From Octopus sinensis (Eukaryota): DNA of 64,000 nt. The DNA lies in NCBI RefSeq assembly GCF_006345805.1, contig NC_043001.1, positions 79,422,001 through 79,486,000 of the forward strand. Reading direction: 5' to 3'. Numbering within the stretch: the stretch's first letter is position 1; each line of letters begins with the position of its first letter. Shown here one piece after another: positions 55,590 to 64,000 of the stretch. The translations under genes were made by a program, and so were the position numbers. The notes below the pieces were generated by a model. It did no database searches. It was not told the origin of the DNA and was given only the letters and a program-made list of their open reading frames with translations.

Positions 55590-56365
55590 ACTCACGGTAT
55601 AAGCAAGCCAGCAATCTAGTAGAATATTTTACCACTAGAGATGTTCAAAGAGAAGCAATAACAATTGATTATATCGACACCAAGGAAGGAGATGGAATAC
55701 AGGCCATAGATGAGGTAGACGCAAAATCAGCTGCTGGCCCTGAGGAATTCCCAGCAATCCTTCCGGTATCATGCTAACTAGCCCTTTGAAAACAACTGCA
55801 GCTTCTTTTTCAGAGCTTCCTTGTAACTGATAAGATGCCAGGTAAATTGAAGGAAGGAATAATATGCCCTATCTGTAAAGAATGAGGCATAGTAGATGCA
55901 GATGTTTTTAAAATAAAGCTGGACCTCTTCCTGTCAGGTGTCCCAGATGAACCAACTTCACGGCAGGAGGTGCAGATGAGGGCAGCTGCGTCAAACTCTC
56001 TCATGCACCAAATGTCAATTGCTAAAAAGCATTCGTGAAGTTAAATCATGTAGCAACACCGAATGGCGGTGCCCCAGCATGGCCCCAGCTCGTGAGCTGA
56101 AACTAAATAAAATGAAAAGGAAAAAATGAAAATGCTAAAAATTATAAGCCTATCTCTCTAATATGACACATCAGCAAATTCATGGATCGAAGAATCTGCA
56201 GGAAATTAATTGCGTTCCTTGAAGAGAACGACTTGCTGACTGACATCTTTCACGGTTTTTGATCAGGCAGAAGCTGCCTGACAAGGCTCTTACAAACTAA
56301 GGGTGGGCGTTAAAGCAGCTCCTCAACAACTCATCTGTGGTCGTAATATATCTAGACTTAGTTCC
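55590..56365 (+). mobile_element. Scrambled CR1/L2-type LINE ORF2 fragments
   Basis: Pre-RT AIDEVDAKSAAGPEEFPAIL...LFQSFL...KEGIICPICK; then the 3' end FKIKLDLFLSGVPDEP...RAAASNSL plus tail (to 56112); then RT NYKPISL...HGF*SGRSCLT...VIYLD (56125-56365). Confidence 0.85.
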
Positions 56366-57567
56366 ACTAACATTTCTGAACCAAGCAAGAAAAGTAAACG
56401 ATAGTAAACCTCATTTGAGATTCCTCAACCAAAGAAGGAAGATGGTGTTTGTGTGGCTCAAAAATAACGGGAATACTCGTGCGACATGTAAGAATTGTAA
56501 TAGCCATGTTTGCCAAGAACATTCCAATGTTGTCTCTGTATTTTTGTAATTTTTTTAGAATTTATAATATACTAGCAGCATAGCCCGGCGTTGCCCGGGT
56601 ATGTAAGAGACCCTAGTAGGCAACGACTAAACCCAATCTAGTCCTTTCCCACTAGGGAACGAAGGCGCATGTGTAGGTTGCAATGTCTTCTCTTCACTCC
56701 CAAATAACTATCAAACAGCTATCGATAATTCAACCCAACCAATTCCTACCAGGAAGAAATTACATTCGCGACTTTACCCACAACACCGCTACTTCTGCTA
56801 ATAGCTGCTGCAGCCGCAAGTTATTCGAATACTTTTTTTGTTTACACTTTCTTTATAACTACCAACCCAAACGTTTTACCTTAAATTTTTGACGTACCCT
56901 AAGGGTCCTCGGACGCTACTTGCAAACTCTTGGTTTATTATAAACCGCTTATGTCGTGTGCATCAAAAAACCTTTTCCATTCGTTTGTTCAGTTTGGTCA
57001 CTTTTGACTTTTTCGTTGTTGTCACTTACATTGCTGCCCGCTTTTTTGCCGTTCTTGTACATTTTTACACATTTTGGGATACTTATCCCACGTGTTCCGA
57101 GAGTTAAAAAGGTCGAGTTGCGTCCCCTAGACAGTCTGTAGAAAATGTGTTGCATATAAAAAGCTTAGATTCTCGACCCATGTCGAATTTATCGATTTTT
57201 TTTCAGAACTGGGGGAACTTTTCAAACTTTTTGCTGCGTTACTTTTGAATTATGACATTGGGCTATGTGTGTGTCAAGTTTCATCAGAATCGGTTGAAAG
57301 CCGTGTTCAGGGTGAGGGTACAACCTGACAGACACACAGACACACAGACAGACAAACTGCCGTTTATATATAGAGAGATTCTTTAAGCTGTATTTTTTAA
57401 ATTAAAATTTGTGAGAAACAGCAATTCTTCATTCACCTGATAACATATATATTGTAGCTAAGAAATAATAGTAGTTTTAATAAAATTTAATTAAAAGAAA
57501 AATATTGGGACCATCGCACTATTGTTAATTAGTGACATACATTTTCTCTGGTAGACCAAGGGTTTAA
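56366..57567 (+). mobile_element. piggyBac-like 3' remnant (Cys-rich domain and right end), interrupted
   Basis: CLCGSK(frameshift)NNGNTRATCKNCNSHVCQEHS resembles a piggyBac Cys-rich domain. After the insert, the sequence ends ...ggtagaccaaggg(t)ttaa at 57550-57567. Confidence 0.55.
56571..57379 (+). mobile_element. Non-autonomous Helitron/Helentron-type element (HINE/Lep1-like)
   Basis: 5' ACTAG plus GC hairpin cccgg-cgttgc-ccggg (56584-56599). The 3' part has aagtttcatcagaatcggttg, an (ACAG/ACAC) microsatellite and tttatatatagagagat, the architecture of DINE-1/Lep1-type elements. Confidence 0.7.
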
Positions 57568-58236
57568 GTTCCGGTTGAACCTACCTCACGACAAGAAACG
57601 CAGATGCGGAAAGCAACATCAAACTCCTTCATTCACCAAATGCAACATATCAGAGTAGGTTTCCAGTAGTAGAAGTGTAGGGAAGCTGACGTCAGTACCG
57701 CTATATATATTACATGCATTGCTAGTGGAATTCTGAAAACTGTGAGAGAAATAGATCATTTTTTCTAATGTTTTGTTCTAAAATAAAAAAGAATACGAAA
57801 CAATTACGTACTAAATATTTTGAAGATGCAATTATTATTACATTATTTAATACTTTAGAATACCGGAATGATGAAATATTATTTCGTAACATCGCCTTGT
57901 ATTATGTGACAGCTCTCATACTGCAATTTACATCAATATTATATAAGTCTATGGAATTGCTATCTAAAAGTATGGTTACAATTATTACATTACTAGACAA
58001 TATACTCTTATACAAGAAATTATCAGGACATCTAAATTTATACGTCGGTGCCGTCTGGACCGATTTGTATTGATTTCATTCGACTGGTAGATACCAATCA
58101 TTTGACAGATCAAGCAGACCTCATGCCACAGCGCTTCAAAGTAAATGTTTGATTCATCACCTTTGAGTTGCATAGTCATTTATATCTATCAATGCTATAC
58201 AAGTGCAATTGCCATTAGTAAATGTCTGAAGCCCTG

Positions 58237-58535
58237 TGGTTTGGTGGTTATTTTGTTTCTTACACGATCACAAGATGGTGGGTTCGAATCCGGCTCTGTG
58301 TGGTACGTTGTCTTCTCAAGCAAAACACTTAATTTCTCCTTCCTTCGTTCTGCTCAGTTGGGGATAAAATTACCCTGTGACGAGCTAGCATCCCCTATAA
58401 GTGGTATTTCTTGATCGTGGTTATTTATATGCCATAAGATTGCACACCTTGCCAGCAGAGCAATATCATTTGAAATCTGCAAAAACGCGAGGAAGCGCTT
58501 TATAACCATTGGTGTGTAACAACATCCGATAGCCT
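58237..58535 (+). mobile_element. SINE family D (own head and body, SINE-C-type tail)
   Basis: A-box-like tggtttggtgg, B box gggttcgaatcc (58280-58291), and a tail ggaagcgcttt...tgtgtaacaacatccgatagcc resembling the C tail. Confidence 0.6.
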
Positions 58536-58689
58536 AATGTAATTAAGTTCTCAGACAATGAGAAAGACTTCATTTAAGTTCCATGATGTCCATCGGACAT
58601 TTTGTTTACCACAGGTTCGGTTTGTTCATGGTAGGATTTATGTGGGTAGCGGATAACTACTTGTAACCTTAGATATCCACAAGTTTTCA

Positions 58690-60620
58690 GTAGTATTTCA
58701 TGTGCTGTCGGATTCGATCCCGTCTTCACAGGCTTGATCACCACGATATATAGTGGAAGCTGCTCAGTGGTAAAATTGAATGGTGACCTCTCGGAAACTT
58801 GCAGTTTTGAAGGCTCGGAATGCCAAGGGTGCCCACTCTCCTCGCTTTTATATATTTTAGCTTTAGAACCCTTGCTGCGAAGGATGGAGAATTAGAGAGG
58901 CATCCAGCTTGAACTAGGTCACAGGAGAGCTGTGTCTGTATACGCGGACGACATCACTGTCATGGTTTCAGATTCTTCGAACATAGAAAGATTGACACTA
59001 TACTGAAAGAATATCAAGAATACACAGGAGCAACCATAAACCAGGACAATTCAGTAGATCTATAACTAGGCTTTTGGAATGTTGGAAAGGCAAGTCGACT
59101 AGCATTGATTTCTGTCGCCGGATGGAGGGTCCGGTGCAAGTGCTCAGAGTCTGGTTCGGACCAAATCTCCGGGTAGATAGAAACCGGGAAGAGGTCATAA
59201 CTGGGGTGACCAAGCTCACCCAGATGTGGGCAGAAAGGAAGCTGTCTATGAAAGGCCGAGCGGCAGTACCGAATATATATATCGCATCGGTAGTGTACTA
59301 CCGCCTAACTATCGTAACTTGTCCTACGAAAACTCTGACCAGATTGGAACGCTTACTTTTCCGATTCTTAAAGAAGTGTCAGGTTCCGCTGGTCAGAAAA
59401 TCCATCTCCTGTCAACATCCACACCATGATGGTCTTGCGATGGCATCCTAAATGATGCGACGTCACGCTTTGAAGCTGTTGCGCCTGCAGAAATATCTAA
59501 ATCACTGCCATGATATGGACGACGACAACGAAAATAAGGGTGAACGGGTGTGGGCAACTTTTGTGTGACACGTCTTTCCGCAGCTCATTCAATTGACAGG
59601 GTTGTAATCATGCGTCAAACGTAGATCAAGGTTGGGCGCTTGATATCTAGAATGTTGCCAGGCGCTCACTTTTTTGTACCAGCTACTCAAAACTGTTAGC
59701 GGGAAAACAACCCAAGATCTCTGTAGAAGGCGAATTGCGGGTATGAGTAATAATGGTCTAGGATTGAATCTAGACATCGACGAAAACAATCTGAGTAGTA
59801 CTTCTAGAGGACCTTCGGGTCGAAGATCTTGGATAATTTCCAAAAGTCATTCGCTCGGCAGAGCCCGTTCGAGGCAAGCTTTTCAGGCATGGAAATGCCA
59901 ACAACCGAACCTCTGCTAGATGTTTAGAGGGGGACAAAACGGCCCTGCATGCAATAATTCAGTGTCAGCGAATAAGAGCGTTTTGGGATTGTGTGGAGCA
60001 GCTGTGGTCAAGTGCAACAAGATTTCAGATGTCTGTCCAGTGTATAGTGAAGATTGATGTACCACATTCCCTTAGCAGAGAAGAAAGGCAGATCTTTCTC
60101 TGCTTAGTGATTGTGGCAAAATTGGCTGTATGGTGGACTCGTCTGAAATGTTTGAAGACAGGCAAATCCTATCTGGTCAAACCCTCATCACTTTCTTCAA
60201 ATATCATTTGAAGAGGAAGGTGCTGCCTTCTAGAGTGTTCATGAAAATCTGGTCGACAGGGGCAAGTCTGGTCAGACTGAATGGATATTCTCTAAATATG
60301 CTTTTCTAATCAGGAGGAAAGAAACTGGAAGAGGGCACTTTTCCATGCCTTGGAAATGGCAGAGTAATCCGAGAATTTTGTGTAGGGTTTGCTCCAGATT
60401 ACCCTAAGTGGACTGAAACGATATTGGGGATTCTATATATTTGTCTATTTATTATTCATTTCTCTACCTTCTATTATATATCCTCTGTTATAGCCTTTAA
60501 TCTGGTAGTATCTCGCCTTGATTGATGTTAACCCCGCATTTTTGTAATTTATTTGTGCCGTTACACGTCCTTCGATATTGTCCTCCATGTCTTGGAGGAC
60601 AATGAGGCCAATAAAAACAT
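58690..60620 (+). mobile_element. 5'-truncated Tx1/L1-clade LINE (RT to 3' end)
   Basis: QGCPLS..LYILALEPLL, VYADDITV (YADD at 58941-58952), WAERKLSMKGRA...LFRFL, C-terminal CARCLEGDKTALHAIIQC, 3' hairpin, AATAAA and an (ATT)n tail. Multiple stops and frameshifts. Confidence 0.9.
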
Positions 60621-60622
60621 CA

Positions 60623-60729
<107 letters not shown>

Positions 60730-60769
60730 ATTATTATTAATATTATTATCATTATTATTATTATTATTA

Positions 60770-60993
60770 TTAAGGCAGCGAGCCGACAGAATCTTTAGCG
60801 CGCTGGACGAAATACTAACGGTACTTCGCCAGTCGCTATGTTCAAACTCCACTGAGGTCGACTTAGAATTTTTTTCATTTCGGGGTCGATAAATTATGCA
60901 CCAGTTGTATACTGAAGTTGATGTAATCGATTACTCCACTCCCCCAAATTTCAGACATTGTGCCTATACTACAAATTATTATTGCTACTACTA

Positions 60994-61040
<47 letters not shown>

Positions 61041-61230
61041 CAGTAGTAGTAGTAGTAGTAGTAGCGACGAGCTAGCAGAACCTTTAGCACCCCAGACAAA
61101 ACGCTTAGCGGTATTTAGTCCATTCTTATGTTCTGAGTACAAATTCCACCGAGGTCGACTTTTCCTTTCATCTTTTTCTGGCTAGATGAAATAAGTAGCC
61201 ATTACGCACTGGGCTCGATATGATCGACTT
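60770..61230 (+). mobile_element. Two SINE-B copies
   Basis: Heads at about 60772 and 61063; typical bodies. Confidence 0.8.
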
Positions 61231-61233
61231 AGG

Positions 61234-62135
61234 ATGACCTGCTGCGCAAGAGAGAAGTCTCTGGGGCGAGATGATCAGCTCTTCGAGCTTTATTTTCATA
61301 TACCAGACTTGTTCAATGGTCTCTTGGCAGACTTCTACCACAACTGGCGGCAGAACGGGAGAATTCTCAGTGCTGTGAGCCGTGGAGTAGAGGTGCTGTT
61401 GAGAGGATCCGAACAAGGTGTCAAAATGGATCATTTAAGGCCTATAACTCTGCTGAATGATGATTATAAGATTTTGGCCTAGGTGCTAGACAAGAGGTTG
61501 GCGCTTGTCGTCGATAAGTTGGTTAGTGGCGCTCAGACATGCACTGTTCCAAAAAGAACTATCCACGACAACCTCCACCTCAACATTATACAGAGGTGGG
61601 TAAGAAACCTGGCATGGGTGGGCCCTGATCAATTTGGATCAATCGAAACCTTTTGATAGAGTCGACCCACCATAACCCGGAGGTTGTTCTCGCGGTAGCG
61701 GGTTTCGGTCCCGTTTTCAGAGAATAGATCGCTGCAGTATACATTGGTATCTGTTCGGTGGTCAAAGTAAATGGCCACTTATCGGAATCATTTACTATCG
61801 CCCGTTCAGTCCGTCAAGGATTCCCACTTTCGCCTATTCTGTACGTACTGTCTCTCGAAACACTACTGCAGATGTTGGATGTTTCGAAGGGCGTCCCGCT
61901 TGATCTAGGATGCAGTAGTTTCGTGTCGTCTTACACGGCCGAGGTCACAGTAATTGTGTTGGACATCTCAGAAATCAAGGTGGTCGTCACTTCTCTAAAG
62001 GAGTATGATGCGGTGACAGGAGTGAAGATCAAACAGGAGACGTCAGTGGGCCTGGAACCCGGCTCCTAGGTAGGCAGGTCCATGTCAACCGACAGCTTTG
62101 TTGGGCTCTGGATGGAAGGACCGGTCAATATTGCT
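61234..62135 (+). mobile_element. Second Tx1/L1-clade RT fragment
   Basis: LRPITLLNDDYKILA, LINLDQSKPFDRVD, RSVRQGFPLSPILYVL; YADD has decayed to YTAE. It overlaps the RT region of 58690-59150, so it is an independent copy. Confidence 0.88.
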
Positions 62136-62218
62136 AGTTGAGTACCGATGCTTCAGTGTGCGCCAATAACTATTCGTATCACGTCTACTCTCCTCACTGA
62201 CTACAGCCTTCGTATTAC

Positions 62219-62465
62219 CCCAGAAGCTATAGTAGAAGACACTTGCCCAAGCGAGATAACACTCTGTGGGACTGAATCCAGAAGCGCGTGGTTTGGAAGC
62301 AAGCGTCTTACCACTGAGCCATGCTATGATAAAGTTAATCATAGTTGTTTATTATTCTTCTGCTTTCTCTTTAATCATGTTGCCACTAGGATATGCTATG
62401 ACGATTATCATGCATTTTCTTTCTTTTTATTCACAACAATGTCCGGTTTCCGATGTCTAGTCAGG
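62219..62465 (-). repeat. About 250-bp local duplication (copy 2 at 63552-63804): SINE-A head joined to an R4-type REL fragment
   Basis: Collinear and highly similar, with the same SINE/LINE junction. Minus-strand RRKPDIVMVNKKERKFMIILIAYP...EEKY is a decayed PD-(D/E)xK REL domain. Confidence 0.85.
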
Positions 62466-62504
62466 TGATCCCATTGAATCATTGTATCCCATAAGATTAT
62501 TATT

Positions 62505-62536
<32 letters not shown>

Positions 62537-62557
62537 CCTCCTCCTCATCATCATCAC

Positions 62558-62590
<33 letters not shown>

Positions 62591-62686
62591 CAGGATTATT
62601 ACGTCATATGTAAATAAACACGTTTGTTTTTGAAGCGTTTAGATGTATTGTAGAACAAGTAGAAAGATATATTTACGCGTTGAAAA

Positions 62687-62728
<42 letters not shown>

Positions 62729-63261
62729 GTGAAATAAACAGCTCGTATCTTCTTCAGTTTTATGTGGATCGTAAACGTTGCATCAAGGAAGACTGATTTA
62801 AAACAATGTTACTGAATAAAACATAATTTTGAAAAAAAATTGATATTAAATTATTACAGTTTGAAGATACGTATTAGTTATGCAAAGACACGTAAAAGAT
62901 ATTAACTTCGCTTAGACATTTGTATTTGGTGCAGTCAAAATTTTCACACCAAACAATAAATGTTTTGGGGAAGTTAACATACTTTGTGTGATTTGGAATG
63001 GCTATTGTGTGTTTCCCACGCTATAATTGTTTTACTTTCTACACACGATCTCAGATCAAATCACTTGCTGAGCACGTACATCACCGAAATCCATTAAACA
63101 GTTTTCAGCTAATTTCATTTCCAACATTTGACTATCAGAATTGATGTAATATCCCCACCTAGAAAATGGGATGAACCTACCAATTACCCTATAGTGTTAA
63201 TTTCTGCAAAGGTATATATGGTAATTGGTTGTTGGATAATTCCTCGAGATGCTATCTTTTA

Positions 63262-63657
63262 TCTTTTATTTCTTACTTGTTTCAGTCATTTGACTGTGGC
63301 CATGCTGGGGCACCGCCTTGAAGGATTCGACCCTAGCAACTTTTTTAAGCCTAGTACTTATTTTATCGATCGCTTTTATCGATCCGCGAGTTTACGGAGA
63401 CCTAAACAATCCAACACCGGTTGTCAAATGGTGGAGGAAGCCAAACACGGACACAAAGACACATACATACACACACACACATATATATATATATAAACGA
63501 CGGGCTTCGTTCAATTTCTGCCTACCAAATCCACTCACAAGGCTTTGGTCACCCAGAAGCTATAGCAAATGACACTTGCCCAAGCAAAATAACACGCAGT
63601 GGGACTGAATCCGGAAGCGCGCGGTTTGGAAGCAAGCGTCTTACCACAGAGCCACGC
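63262..63657 (-). mobile_element. Full-length SINE-A
   Basis: Head to tail intact; tail ggcggtgccccagcatggccacagtcaaatgactgaaac. Confidence 0.88.
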
Positions 63658-64000
63658 TATGATAAAGTTTATCATAGTTTCTTTATATTTTTCTTCTGCT
63701 TTCTGTTTAATCCTGTTGCCACTTGGATATGCTATGAGGATTATCATGAATTTTCTTTCTTTTTTATTCACCATAACAATGTCCGGTTTCCGACGTCTGG
63801 TCGGATGGGATGATAAACTTAAAAAATATATCTGCATATCCTCAAGAAGATTTTGTCACGTCTAATGATCATTCATATTTACAGTACATTCCTTGACGGT
63901 ACACTATATTTCTAGCAGGATAAATTTAATCATACATGTATACCGATTAAATCACAACGGTCACCTTCTCGGCTGATCCCTGTTTCAAATACACGGGATC

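Overview
AT-rich, repeat-dominated eukaryotic intronic or intergenic DNA. It is most likely from an octopus or other coleoid cephalopod; this is an inference from the SINE families, the mix of R4, Tx1, CR1 and Penelope elements, and the extreme microsatellite load. There is no long intact host CDS. Most supplied ORFs are translations of (TA)n, (CA)n and (ATT)n microsatellites. Supportable content: (1) many tRNA-headed SINEs of about four modular families (my labels A-D), often stacked or nested; (2) a full-length but inactivated DD34E Tc1 transposon (37042-38649) beside a duplication/inversion; (3) an R4/Dong-like LINE remnant interrupted by a palindromic insert; (4) several Penelope-like elements whose terminal repeats carry hammerhead-ribozyme-like cores, apparently the compensated U3-A8 variant; (5) a 1.47-kb ORF1-only (HAL1-like) retroelement with a 9-bp target-site duplication (TSD) inside a SINE; (6) a scrambled CR1-type LINE whose 3' tail matches the SINE-A tail; (7) a piggyBac 3' remnant with a nested Helitron-type non-autonomous element; (8) two Tx1/L1-like ORF2 remnants and a mariner MITE. 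A few short splice-site-bounded segments may be host exons (low confidence). All family assignments come from manual motif reading; no database searches were run.
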